A stretch of DNA of 64,000 nt from the human T2T-CHM13v2.0 reference genome, Homo sapiens: assembly GCF_009914755.1 (NCBI RefSeq), contig NC_060927.1; one strand, written 5' to 3'. Below the pieces are notes generated by a model. That model did not search any database, was not told where the DNA came from, and saw only the letters and a program-made list of their open reading frames with translations. Below, one piece after another: positions 1-12,659 of this stretch. How positions within the stretch are numbered: position 1 is the first letter of the stretch; each line of letters begins with the position of its first letter. The translations under genes and the position numbers were made by a program.

Positions 1-231
1 GCACAAATAGTAACCTGCAATATCCATTCCTCTTTTCTGCCTTCCTGGTAAAGCGAGATTTATTTGTGTTTGTACCTTTCCTCCCACAGATCAAAGTTAA
101 AACCTGAATAATCCTATTCCTCTTGATGGTGATTGCTTTAACTATGAGCAAATAAACACTTTCTGGATAATGCTGGAAATATTTTTCTACTGAGGTCTGA
201 AGTAAGGGTAAGCTGATATGTATAATTTCAT

Positions 232-315
232 TTAACCCTCCCCAAACCACCAATTAGATACTGTTAGCTGCTTCTTTCATAGACTAGAAAACTGAGGTTG
301 AAGATGCTAAATAAT
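232..315 (-). mobile_element. MIR SINE fragment
   Basis: tttcatagactagaaaactgaggttgaagatgctaaataa resembles the reverse MIR core (ttacagatgaggaaactgaggc). Confidence 0.5.
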
Positions 316-877
316 CATACCACTCAATAAATGCTGAAATGCATTGTGCAAATAATTTCCATAGAGGAAATAATATAGTAAAATTATATCAAATCTGATA
401 TTGTTACATGGAGAAGCTTAATGACTTTTTTTATTAGATTCTTTCTCAAGTTAAATGAAGCTATACATTAAAATATATCAGATTCTGGTAATAATATCAG
501 ATGGTGTTTCTACCTTTGCAATTACTGAACTCCATACATACCAAGTTCTCTCTCAGGGCAGTATCCATGCTGTATCTCCAATTCTTAGCACATCATTTGA
601 GTGCCTGCCCTCAATAAAGTTGGTTAACTGACTAAAAGAGTAAATTCTGAAAATTTTGTTTTGCAACTTCCTGAATGCATCAGGCTGTTGTGCAGTTGAG
701 TTCTTGAACAAAATGAAAAAAATATAATGATACAAAACATGATTTAATCATTAAATAAAACTGGCCTGCATTAAGGAAATGACTGGTCTTGTCTAAATAG
801 AACTATTTCAGTCTCCTAAGAGAAGCATCAGCTCAGCAAACAATAACCTAATGATTAAACATTATGTAAATAACCTT

Positions 878-932
878 TAAAGATAATGATTTTACATAAA
901 GATTGTGATTTACATAAAGATTACGATTTTAA
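878..932. repeat. Three diverged ~18-19 bp tandem units
   Basis: taaagataatgattttaca / taaagattgtgatttaca / taaagattacgattttaa. Confidence 0.75.
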
Positions 933-1133
933 CTGATATTATCAAAGGTTTTATTTCTATTATTTTTCCAACTGTCATCTTTTCTAACCAATTTTCCCAA
1001 GGCTAGGGAGAGGAAATAGTAACATTTCTGTATCAAATATTTTGTAAGTTTTAAAGTTAATTACATGAAGAACCCAAAAACTTATGTTTTAGCTCTCATT
1101 TTAGAGTCTCAAACATTGATAAACCAAGCATAA

Positions 1134-1456
<323 letters not shown>

Positions 1457-2879
1457 CATTGTTTCTTCTCACTATTCTGGCTACCTCATAAAGTACAATA
1501 CCAAACTGTAATTTTGTATTAGAATTTCTCATTATACTTGTAAAGACCTATAAAATTTACTAATTGCCTGTGACATTTGTAAAGATCTTAGAAATGAGGA
1601 TATGCTATACATCTTCCTTTTTAAAATTCTTTTTTCTAAACTTGCAAAAATTTAATCTTAATACATATCTATAGTTATACCCAACCAATAATCTATACAT
1701 ATATTTCATTTCAAAAATCAACATAATAAATTGTCATTTACCAACCTTTACTACTGTGTTAACATAGAATATTTTCCTTAATTTCTAATTCATTTTGTAA
1801 TCAGCTTCTTCCTTATAGCTTTGGGAATGTTAACTGGTGAGCTTCAATCAAGTATATTTTGCTACATTTTAAGAATGACAGGCACTGAATGTTCTGTTGT
1901 ATTGTTTGGGGCCATCATATCAAGTTTTCTTAAATTTTTTTTTCTGTAGCCATATTGGCAGCGGGAAGACTCATGAAGCAATTTCCAAAAGAAATTGCTT
2001 CTGGGAGTCTTCCAGTGAATTTGCCAGTGGATAAACTTCTTATTATATTACAAAAATGTTGTTTATCTCATTAAAAGAATCTTGAATTATAGGAAATGTT
2101 ACTTAAAGCAAACTGAGATAAAAATCTAAATCCACTGCAAATAGGGAAGTTACTGGGCTTTTTGTTCCAGCCAATGGCAGTTTGCCTGTATGCATAACAG
2201 CCAACAATTTAAATCCTGCTCAGTAGCTTGCACATCACACAGAGATAGCCTATATAGCCTCTGGACCACTCTCTAAGTAAAGATAAGATTTTTCATGTGT
2301 TTGCTCACCCTATTTATCTAGGGAACTGAGACATGCATTCATGAATGCATGTCTATATGATGCCATGAATACCAGCATCTCTTTATGCAAGTTTCTCTCA
2401 TTAATACTAAAACAATACTCAAGTTAGTTACATTCCATTGAGCTGGCCTTGAATTGCACACAGGCATAGAAAATGTTGCTTAGCAGATGTGATTTCAGGA
2501 GCCTGGGGAAAAGCACTTTTTCAGAAAAACAACACTGCAATTAAAAAGATGCAACCACCTGTTCTTTGATATTTGTAATGTTTTAAAAGTACACATGGAT
2601 ATAGATTCAATGATTAGATAGCTCTGAAAGTAATAAACTGATTTAATTTATACTAAATATCAATGGCAGATATTGGATTGCTTTTGGAAAGCAATGGTGA
2701 GAAAGGACACACCACTAGGCACCTCTGAGGAAAATGGAACCATACAGGAGAAAAGGACTGTAGAAAAGGGCTTGGGGAGGCAATATAAATTACAACATTT
2801 GACACATAATTATACAAAATTTTGTATATTTCCAAATTTTAAACTATGTTGACATTTTGTCATATTCATTTCAGATCAT

Positions 2880-3366
2880 TTTTATTTTTTAATGGTGAAA
2901 ATTAATGTTGAAGTCCCCTCCTTTCTTTTCCCAGTGTATGCTTCTTTGTCTGGAGCAACAATTGTGATGTTACTATAGAATTAGTTTGTATTTATTTTGC
3001 TTTTATTGCATACACATGTGTCCAAAACAAATGTGAAGTTCTTATCCTATTTTTTTTCAATTTACGTAGCTGGTTTCATATACTGATGTATTTTTCTGCA
3101 ACTTTCTTTTTTTCACTCAGCATATTTTAAAGCTGTATCCACTTTAATTGTGGAATTATATTCACTTGTTTTAATGCATCACAATGTACTATTCATCCCC
3201 CTCCCATGAACATTTAGATTATTTTCAAATTTTGACTATTTAGTAAATATTGATGCAATAAACATTCATGTCTCCTTCTGCACTTGTGGTAAAGCCTATC
3301 TAGGATTGCATATGCCCATTGACTACTTTGCTAAATACTGACAAATTTCCCTTTGTGACCATTGTA
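2880..3366 (-). mobile_element. Ancient L1 (L1ME-like) 3' region, left part
   Basis: tcactcagcatatttt...atccac, gcaataaacattcatgtctcctt, typical of reverse L1ME 3' ends. Confidence 0.5.
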
Positions 3367-4744
3367 ATTGTTTTGTTGAATGGGTAACAACTTGGACAGC
3401 TACAAACATGTTTTTCTTTTTCAAATCAATGCTTGCAACTCTGTTCTTTTGAATCTTTTTTTCCGCTGGGTGGTAGATTTCTTAATGGTATTGTGAGTAG
3501 ATCTTATAACTTTTGGTTAATTTCAATAATTACAACTTATTTCATGCCAGTTAAAACTTCAGTATCACATCCTGTTCAGAATTATCCCACTCCCCCGTTA
3601 AAGTGAAGAGATACGGCTGTAGGGACTTGTAGAGAAGAGGGCAGCATGATCTGCTATTTTACTCTTAACATCTTAGTGGCAAGATGGAACTGGTCAGGGT
3701 GTGATCTACCTTTGTAAAACTTCCTCCGTATCTCTTGCTCTAGATCTCCGTCTTTGAAGATAGGCCAGATAGGATGGGTGAAAGCAGAGATCTCACATAA
3801 CTGGTTTCCTCAGGTGGTTGAGGAGTTCTTTGTCTCACTGAGTTACTGTAATTCTTCCTGCTGCTTGTTGCCTTCACTTTTGTTAAGCACATAAAAAGTA
3901 ACCATGGGTTTTTTTGGATTGGTGTGCAGCTTATGCAGCCCCACTGATATCCAGGACTGTTTCAGAGAGGTAGCCATGACTACTTTCAACCCAGCTAGTT
4001 GTCCATATTCCCAAATCCTTTTCAAAGAGAACATCTTGCTTAGTTGGCCCTACCTCCTTTCTCTAAGCTCTGTTCTCCAATGCACATTGCTATGGAGACC
4101 ACTGAGTTGCTTGTACGCAATTTCAGAGGACCATAATATAGGTTCCTCCTGATCCTTTTATTTCCAGGTATACTACATCATGGTGCCTACCTGCCCTTAT
4201 ATTGCAACTACCCTATCAAGCCTCCCTCCTTCAGAAATATTCAGGTGAGGAGCAGAGAATAGTCTCATTAATCATGTATGCCCTCAAACTCCAGGGGATA
4301 TATATCAACATAGCCCAAGAACTCCTTCACCATGCTCCATCCCCTTGCAATCCCACAATGATCCTAAGACTGAAGGAGAATTCTGCAGCTCAGCAGGCCA
4401 CCAGCTGGGGTGTGAGATGCCATCTTCCCCTTCTTGCTAGCACCTATATTATTACATGATTTTTCTTGGAGTTTGCCTCCTTTATTTTGCCTTGGAGCAG
4501 GGAAGTAGCCTCTCTTGCTTTTATGACAAGAATGGGGAAAATCAAGAACATTACATTTCCTACAAGACGAAGGTTCATAATGTTTCTTTCCTCACTCTTC
4601 TCCCTTGTCTTCTTAACCAAAGGAGGAATGGAATAATTCCTGAAATAGGACCTTATTTATTAAATGTCAAAGAGGCTCTTCAACTTCAACACAGGTAGCA
4701 TTTCTTAGAATGTGGAACATGAGATCACATTCTGTATTCTGTTC

Positions 4745-5520
4745 AGTGATTGGTCTAATTTATTCCTCTCCTATCTGTGAAAGTGTTCCTGTTTCCCCAC
4801 TGCTACACAAACGTCTGATTATCAGGGTCTAAAATACTCATCAATCTGATGGGTATTTTCTTTTCTTGGTAGTTAAAACAACTTTTCATTCTTATTTTCC
4901 ATTCAGTGTTTTCTTTGTGAATAATCTTTTTATATCATCTTCCAACTTTTCTATTTCTCTACTGACTTGTGTAAGCCTTTTTTTGACTTAGTGTCTATAA
5001 TCAAATGTGCAAGTTTTAAAAAGTATACTAATGCTTTATACGTTGCAAATATTTTCCCCCAGTTTGTGTCTTGCCTTCTCTATCCTGTTCTACAGTTTTA
5101 TGTACATTTAAGTCTATGTTTAGGCTTCTTTTTCAGCTTTCTTGACCATTTTGCCTATTCTTGTGCTGTTATATACTCTTTAGTTTTTAATAAACTAAAG
5201 CAGTACTGATATCTGGCATCTTCCTGTTTCCCAAGCGTCTTATTATTTATTCAGGCATATACATGTCAGAATTAGTGTGTCAAGTTCCATAAAGGACACT
5301 GGTGAAATTTTTATTTAAATTACATTGATTTTCTAAATTACTTTATAGAAAATTTTCTTCCTCAGAGCTTTCCCATCCATGCTCATTTATCTTCATTTCA
5401 TGTCTTTTAACTAACCTTCAATAATATTTATATTTTCTTAGTAAAATTCCCACATATATGTTATTATATCTTTCCCTAGATACCATATAGCTTTTAAATC
5501 TTTATTTTATTACACTTTCT
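4745..5520 (-). mobile_element. Ancient L1 (L1ME-like), continuation
   Basis: gttcctgtttccccac, gttgcaaatattttccccc, ttttatttaaattacattga, ctttcccatccatg are reverse L1 ORF2/3' motifs. Confidence 0.55.
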
Positions 5521-5521
5521 C

Positions 5522-7809
5522 CAGGCATACCTGAGAGATCCTTCAGGTTCAGTTCCAAACCACATTACAATAAAGCAAATATCTCAATAAAGTGAGGTAC
5601 ACAAATTTTTTGGTTTCCCAGTACATATAAAAGTGATATTTACACTATACTATAGTATATTAAGTGTACCATAGCATTATATCTAAGTAAACAATGTAAA
5701 CACCTTAATTAAAAGATGATTTATTGCTAAAAAATGCTAAGAATCATCTGAGCCTTCTGCAAGTTGTAATGTTTTTTTGTTAGTAGAGGGTCTTGCCTGG
5801 ATGTTGATGGCTGCTGACTGATCAGGGTGGCGGTTGCTGAAAGTTTGGGGTGGCTGTGGAATTTCTTAAAATAAGACAACAATGAAATTTGCCTCATCTA
5901 TTGACTCTTACTTTCATAAAAGATTTATCTGTAGTCTGCATTGCTGTTTGATAGCATTTTACCCACAGTACAACTTATTTCAAATTGGAGTCAATTTTAT
6001 TCACAGTAGAACTTATTTCAAATTGGAGTCAATTTTACCCACAGTAGAACTTATTTCAAATTGGAATCAATCCTCTTAAGCCCTGCTGCTGCTTTATCAA
6101 CTAAGTTTATGTAACATTCTAAGTTCTTTGTTGTCATTTTAACAATGTTCACAGCATCTTCACCAGGAGTAGATTCTATCCCAAGAAAATACTTTCTTTG
6201 CTCATCCATAAAAAGCAACTCTTCATCTATTCAAATTTTATCAGGAGATTTCAGCAATTCAGTCACATCTTCAGGCACCACTTGTAATTCTAGAACATTT
6301 GCTATTTCCACCACATCTGCAGTTACTTTCTCCACCTAAGTCTTGAACCTCTCAAAGTCATCCATGAGGGTTGGAATCAACTTCTGCCAAACTCCTGTTA
6401 ATGCTGATATTCTGACCTTCTCTCATGAATCACAAATGTCTTTAATGGCATCTAGAATGGTCAATCCTTTCCAGAAGGTTTTGAATTTACATTTCCCAGA
6501 TCCAGTAGAGGAATCACTGCCTATGGCGGTTATAACCTTATGAAATGCATTTTTAAAATCGTATGACTTGAAAGTCAAACTTACTTCTTGATTCATGGGC
6601 TGCAGAACTAATGTTGTGTTAGCAGGCATGAAAAAGTAATTAATCTCCTTATACATCTCCATCAGAGCTCTTGAATGGCTAGGTGCATTGTCGATGAGCA
6701 GTCATATTTTGAAAGAAATCTTTTTCTGAGCAGTAGGTCTCACATTAGGCTTAAAGTATTTAGTAAGCTATGCTGTAAATAGATGTGCTGTCATCCAGGC
6801 CTTGTTGTTCCACTTCTAGAGTGCAGGCACAGTAGATTCAGCATAGTTCTTAAGGGCCTTAGCATTTTTTGAATGGTAAATGAGTGTTGGCTTCAACTTG
6901 AGGTTGCCAGGTGCATTAGCCCCTAACAACAGAATCAGCCTGTCTTTTGGAGCTTTGAAGCCAAGCATTGACTTCCCCTTTCTAGCTATGAAAGTCCTGG
7001 ATGGCATATTCTACCAATCTAAGGCTACTTCATGTAAACTGAAAGGCTACTTCATGTAAACTGAAAATTTATTATTCAGTGTAGCCACCTTCATCACTGA
7101 TCTTAGTAGATCCTCTGGGTAACTTGCTCCAGTGTCTACATCAGCACTTGCTGCTTCACTTTGAACTTTTATGTTATGGAGACAGCTTCTTAAACCTCAT
7201 GAATCAACCTCTGCTTGCTTTCAACTTTTCTTCTGCAGCTTTCTCACCTCCCTCAGTTTTCATAGAATTAAAGAGTGTTAGGGCATTGCTCCGGATTAAG
7301 ATTTGGCTTCAGGGTATGTTATGGCTGGTTTGATATCTTATTCAGAGCACTCAAACTTTCCCCATATTGGCAATAAGGCTGTTTTGCTTTCTTCTCATGT
7401 ATGTGTTCACTGGAGTAGCACTTTAAATTTCCTTCAATAACTTTTTTTTTGCATTTAAATCCTGGCTACTTGTTTGGTTCAAGAAGCCTAGCTTTTGGCC
7501 TGTCTCAGCTTTGGACATGCCTTTCTCACTAAACATAATCATTTCTAGCTTTTAATTTAAAGTGAAAGACATGCAACTCTTCCTTTCACTTGAACATTTA
7601 AGGCCATTAAGAGTTATTAATCAGTCTAATTCCGATATAGTGCTTCAGCAAAAGGGAGGCTCAAGGAGAGGAAGAGAGACAGGGGAATGGCTGGTTGGTG
7701 GAGCAATCAGAACACACACAACGTTCATCAATTAAGTTTATCATCTTATATGGATGCAATCTGTGGTGCCCCAAAACAATTGCAATAGTAACATCAAAGA
7801 TCACTGATC
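5522..7809 (-). mobile_element. Tigger1 DNA transposon (TcMar-Tigger), near full length, ~0.2 kb of the 5' end missing
   Basis: Terminus caggcatacct at 5522. Minus-strand ORFs give pogo/CENP-B-like transposase motifs ([12 protein letters not shown]...[17 protein letters not shown]; [15 protein letters not shown]). Similarity ends at gtaacatcaaagatcactgatc. Confidence 0.95.
5738..7607 (-). pseudogene. Decayed Tigger1 transposase ORF (TIGD1-like), with stops and frameshifts
   Basis: ATGGCC start at 7607 frameshifts immediately. Fragments are ORFs 6816-7007 and 6423-6662. Confidence 0.85.
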
Positions 7810-8254
7810 TCTCAGGTACACTTCTAATTGTTATCGACAGTCTGAAGGATCTCTTATTAATAGCGTGCAAGGCTAATGATTTTGTATGTTGAGCTTATAG
7901 TTAATAACTTTGCTAAGCTCTCTTATTATAATAATACGTCAATAAACTTTCTTAGATTTCCTACATAGATAATAAGTTTGTCTTCAAATAATAGCAATAT
8001 TCCTGTCTGGTTCCTGATTTGATAGGAATACAAGTTCACCATAAATGTGAGATAGGAAAGTTTGTTAGGGTTTTGCTTGGAAGTATGTCAAATCTATGGA
8101 TTGATTTATTGGTAAGAATTGACTATTTTATAATATTTTATTTTATTTTATTTCTCAGAGAACAATGTATCTGCCATATCCCTCTTTTTCTGCATTTATA
8201 TTTATATTTAGGTCTTAAGTTATAAATTTAGACCTTTATGTCTACTAGTAAAGT

Positions 8255-8500
8255 TTTAAATTATCCCCCAAGTGTTATGCATATTTTATTATGTGGCCAG
8301 AGGGAAACCCTTCAACTTGGCTCTTGAGCCCTTTGGCATGGTCTTAGCAGTCTTTGTTAACTGGTATATCAAGATGATATATAATTATTTTGTACATTTC
8401 TCAGGTCAACTTGGCATCATCTTTTTCTCTAAGAAGCCCTGGTGTTTTTAGAATGAGAAGTTGTATTTCAAGGCCACTATCTGGATACTAATGGCATGCG
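8255..8500 (-). mobile_element. L1MC-type 3' UTR fragment
   Basis: cccttcaacttggctcttgagccctttggcat...tctctaagaagccctgg, same motif family as 42620-42830. Confidence 0.5.
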
Positions 8501-8756
8501 TGCTTTTTTATTGTCTTTTGATTTTTCTGTTTCTGTTTTGCTTGTCTTTTCCCTTCCTCCTTTTCCTTTTTCTTTATAATGTGGGTCACATAAAAAAGTG
8601 AGAATACACCCTTCTGCATTTTCCTCAATGCTTGTATACTTCAATATAAACACATTATATTTATATATATAAACATATGTAAGTATTTGCAAATATAACA
8701 GTGTGTTACCGTTTCAAGAATGGCAGTCATTATAAACCACATTTCCACATTCTCAA

Positions 8757-8975
8757 CATAGTATAGTGATTAAGAAAACAAACTTTGTAGTCAGCCATGT
8801 TGGGTTCAAATCCTAGCTTTACCATTCACCAAATCCGTGAGTGTGTGCTCCTTGTGTTTTAATTTTTTCATCTGTAATATGAGTATAAATGTATTAACCC
8901 CACAGATATTGAGAAGTAAAATCAGTTAATATATATTGCTGGTACACGCAAAGTACTAGATAATTGCCCATTTTC
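8757..8975 (+). mobile_element. MIR SINE
   Basis: gggttcaaatcctagctttacca...tcatctgtaatatgag. Confidence 0.7.
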
Positions 8976-9029
8976 TTCTTAATTATTATTATAATCATCA
9001 TTAAGTTGCTTCTTGGTCAATGATATCTC

Positions 9030-12000
9030 ATAAAATTCCTTTTCCAATAATACAAGCATTCTTTTTCCACCTTTCCAATTTCTTCACTGTAATAAGTCTA
9101 TTCAGATTTTTAAATTTCTTCTCGAGGCCAAAGTGAATGGTTTTAGTTTTGCTAGGAATATCATCCTTTCCAGAAGTTTGTAAATTTAAAGTTATAGAGT
9201 TACACATAATATTTTCTAATAATTATTTTCATTCTCCTTTTATATGGTTATATTTCTACTCTAGTTTCAGAATTCAGAGTGCTCACCATTACACTATGGA
9301 ACCTCACTTCGACTCTAGTTTCTAAACTCATAAGTATGTTTTCCTCTTTTGTTTTTCTTGACAAAATTAATCAATGATTTTTATATTTTCAGGGAACCAG
9401 CTTTTGGATATTTTTTCATTTTGAAAAAATAATTAATTTTAAGATTCCTCTTGTTAATTTCTTCTTTTACTTTTTTTAAAATTTATTATTCTTTTTCTAA
9501 TTTCTGATGGTGATTACTAAATCCCTTTAGTTTTCACCTGAATACTGTTCTCACTGTGGCCTGTTAGTTTTGATGTATATCCAGCGGATATCTATTGAGC
9601 ACTTACTGTGTTCACTGACTTAGGACCACGTAAACACAAAATTGTTGTCACAGAGATGCCTATATTCTAATAAAGTTTGTGCGCTATTTTATCTTCTGTG
9701 TTCTCTTTTCATTGCTGTCTATACAGTTTGTTATCACCTTTATACTTTCTTTGATGCAAGCATTATCCAGGAGCATGTTTCCTAATACCTAAGTACTTAA
9801 AGTTTTCTTTAAACATTTGTTTTTCACTTAATTAACTTTTTTTCTGAGATTTTCTTATAGCAAGTCAAATCATCAATTTGGAAATACGCTATTTATTTTT
9901 TGGCTAGCTCAATCTCAATTTGAAAGAAGCCTATTGTAGAGTTTTATTTTAACAGTCTACATATCAAATTCCTATTTCATTTGGAATGTTTTTGCTTTTT
10001 GTAATTAGCTGCTTTATTTTTTTGTGCATACTGATTGCTTCTTCTTCAAAAATTCTTGTGTCTATTCTGATTTAATATCTCTTTGTATCCTATGTATTGC
10101 TTTTAATTTTAAATTTCACTTTGTTGGTATTCTATTCCCTCTACTTTTTTTGTTTACCTTTGCCTGGTAAACTTTTCTTTGCATAATCCTTTATTTTATT
10201 TTAATTTTATGTTTAATTTTTAAAAAATTTAATTAAATGTAATTTAAAGTTCCGGGATACACGTGCAGATGTGCAGGTTGGTTATATAGGGAAACGTGTG
10301 CCATGGTGGTTTGCTGCATCTATCAACCCATCACTTAGGTATTAAGCCCCAAGTGCATTAGCTATTTATCCTGATGCTGTCCCTTCCCCACCCCCTCACC
10401 CCATGCAGGCCCCAGTGTGTATTGTTCCCCTCCCTGTGTCCGTCCATGTGTTCTCATTGTTCAGCTCCCACTTATAAGTGAGAATACTCTAAACCTTTAT
10501 TTTTAATCATTTTTGATAACTTTGTTTTATGTGTATTTCTTCAAAGCCACAAATGGCTTGTTTTTTTTCAACCCACTCTGATTAATGATAGCTTTAAGTT
10601 TGTTCACATTTAGTGTAATGACTAATTTACTTGGTTTATTCCTTCTATCTTTATGTTTGTGGTTAATTTTTTTCTAAAGTCCCATTTCTTTTTTGCTATT
10701 TTTGCTGGGCTGATCAAGTTGCAATTTATTCTATTTTCTCCTTGTTAATATGGAACTTCTACTTTATTTCTGCATTTTCACAATGATTACTTTTCCTTTC
10801 CTGGTCATAAACAGATTGCTAGCTATCATATAAAAATGAGATACAACTCTTTACCAAGTGATTATATATAGCTGTTCTAAGTGTCTCACAAACCCATTTG
10901 GATGAGACTTTTGCAATGCTTTTACTTCCCTCTCTTTCACCTCTTCCCCAGAGGAGATCCTTAGAATATTTTAATGTATTCACTCTCCCAACTTTAGCCT
11001 CTATCTTCTAGTTATTGTTGAGGTAGCTTAGTATTTTTATTTCAAATATATTTTATTTTATACCTATATAAAATATTTCCAGCCTTTCATTATTCCTGTA
11101 AGGGTAACTATGTTTATATGTTTGAATATTATAAGATTCATTACTCAGTGTCTATGTCTTTCATCTTCCCCACTCTTGGATGATGTTTCGGCCCTGGTTT
11201 ACTTATTTTTACTTGCTTTAAAATTTTAAGTTGACATTTATTTTTTCTCATCACTTTGAAAATATCACTTCATTGATTTCTCGCCTCTTTGTTGTTAGTC
11301 TGAGTATTGTTTCTTAAAATATAATCTGTTTTTTATTCTTTGATAATTTTGAAGACTTTCTTTTTTATTGTATAGTTTTCATTAGATATGTCTAGGTGTT
11401 GATTTAATTTTGCTTTATTTTGCTTGGAACTCTATAATTTTTCTACGTGAAGATACATGACTTTAATCAATTTCAGAATTCTCACTGTTTATGGGTTTAA
11501 TCTCTATTGCTCCCATAATATATTTATTTTTCTTTTATCTTTCTCTTTTTTATCTTGTTTTTTTATCCTTAGTTTTATCTTCAGTTTTTGTAATTTTTTA
11601 GCTGTGTTTAATCTTTCACCTAACATTTGCATTTTGTTTTTAATTTTAATGTCTACCTTTGTATTTGTCAAAGTTCTACTCAGTTCTTTTTTACATCTGT
11701 TTATTTATTTCATAAGCTTTGTACTGTTGTTAACATTTTTGTTTCTTGTTTTAGGTATTTAATCGCTGAAAAATACTCATATCTTTTCTAATTTTTAAAA
11801 AAATTTACATGAAGTTCATGTGTCTTTACTTCCACGATTTTTGCTGTATCTGCTCACTTTCACTCATGAATTGTTTTTCTACTGTGCTTTTAATTTTTGT
11901 GTGTGTGAACTTATTTTTAGTAGGGCTTAATTTTTTTTTTTTTTCCTGTGGAAACTCTTTGTAGCTTGAGTTGCAGGAATATTCTCCATGACTGGTTTTG

Positions 12001-12520
12001 CATTGTTTCTGTTATGTATTCCAAGGATATAACTGTTCTGGGATGATTTTTATGTTAATCTTTAGCTCAATGCAAAACCAGGAGTTTGATGTTTAGCAGA
12101 AATGTTTGTTTTTTCCTACTCAGAGTCCCAGCAGAGGTAGATGAGTTGTGCTGTATTTTCTCTTCTACAGTGAATGAATTTTTATATATCTATCCTTTTA
12201 CTGAGTAGCCTAGACTTTATGTGGAATTCTCAGTTTTAATTTTTTACTTTGCAAGGGTCATAGCCCTTGCTGACTGCCTCAGGTGCACATTAAAACCCAG
12301 CCCCTAATTTATTGGACCGATATGAATCTATTACTATGAGAGAGAGAGCTGCTACAACAGCTCCTATCTTATGTCTCTGATTATCAGTTTGAACTTCATT
12401 TCTGTTATGTGAGGATTTTAATTTCCTAATTGTGAGCTCAATAATCCATTAAAAATCTTTTATATCTTTAAATTTGTATCCATGATTCTGGATGTTTTTA
12501 GCAGGATACAGTTATCTTAG
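9030..12520 (-). mobile_element. Highly decayed ancient L1M/HAL1-like sequence (T-rich), interrupted by younger inserts
   Basis: gaaccagcttttgg, cactttgaaaatatcacttcattg, tagatatgtctaggtgttgatttaa; strong T skew. Confidence 0.5.
10198..10484 (-). mobile_element. 5'-truncated L1PA (about L1PA10-13) 3' end with TSD
   Basis: gggatacacgtgcagatgtgcagg...cagctcccacttataagtgagaa; TSD taatcctttatttt (10184-10197) / taaacctttatttt (10490-10503). Confidence 0.92.
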
Positions 12521-12659
12521 TTACCACTGTGTTCAAAACAGACAATTTTATTCGTCAACTCAAGAGTTTATTGTGTTTAAGAGATGATTTTAGTCTCTTT
12601 GCATTATAGTTCATTCTATATATTTTTCTTTTACATCAATATTTATTATAATAAACTTC

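Noticed and set aside
3720-3930. Faint resemblance of minus-strand peptides to the bornavirus nucleoprotein C-terminus (EBLN)
   Set aside because: Only a few residues across different frames; not supportable without a profile search.
5956-6069. 38-bp repeats of CRISPR-like length
   Set aside because: Head-to-tail with no spacers, no cas genes, eukaryotic context.
11457-11762. Hydrophobic 101-aa ORF resembling a membrane protein
   Set aside because: T-rich antisense L1 remnant gives F/L/I bias.
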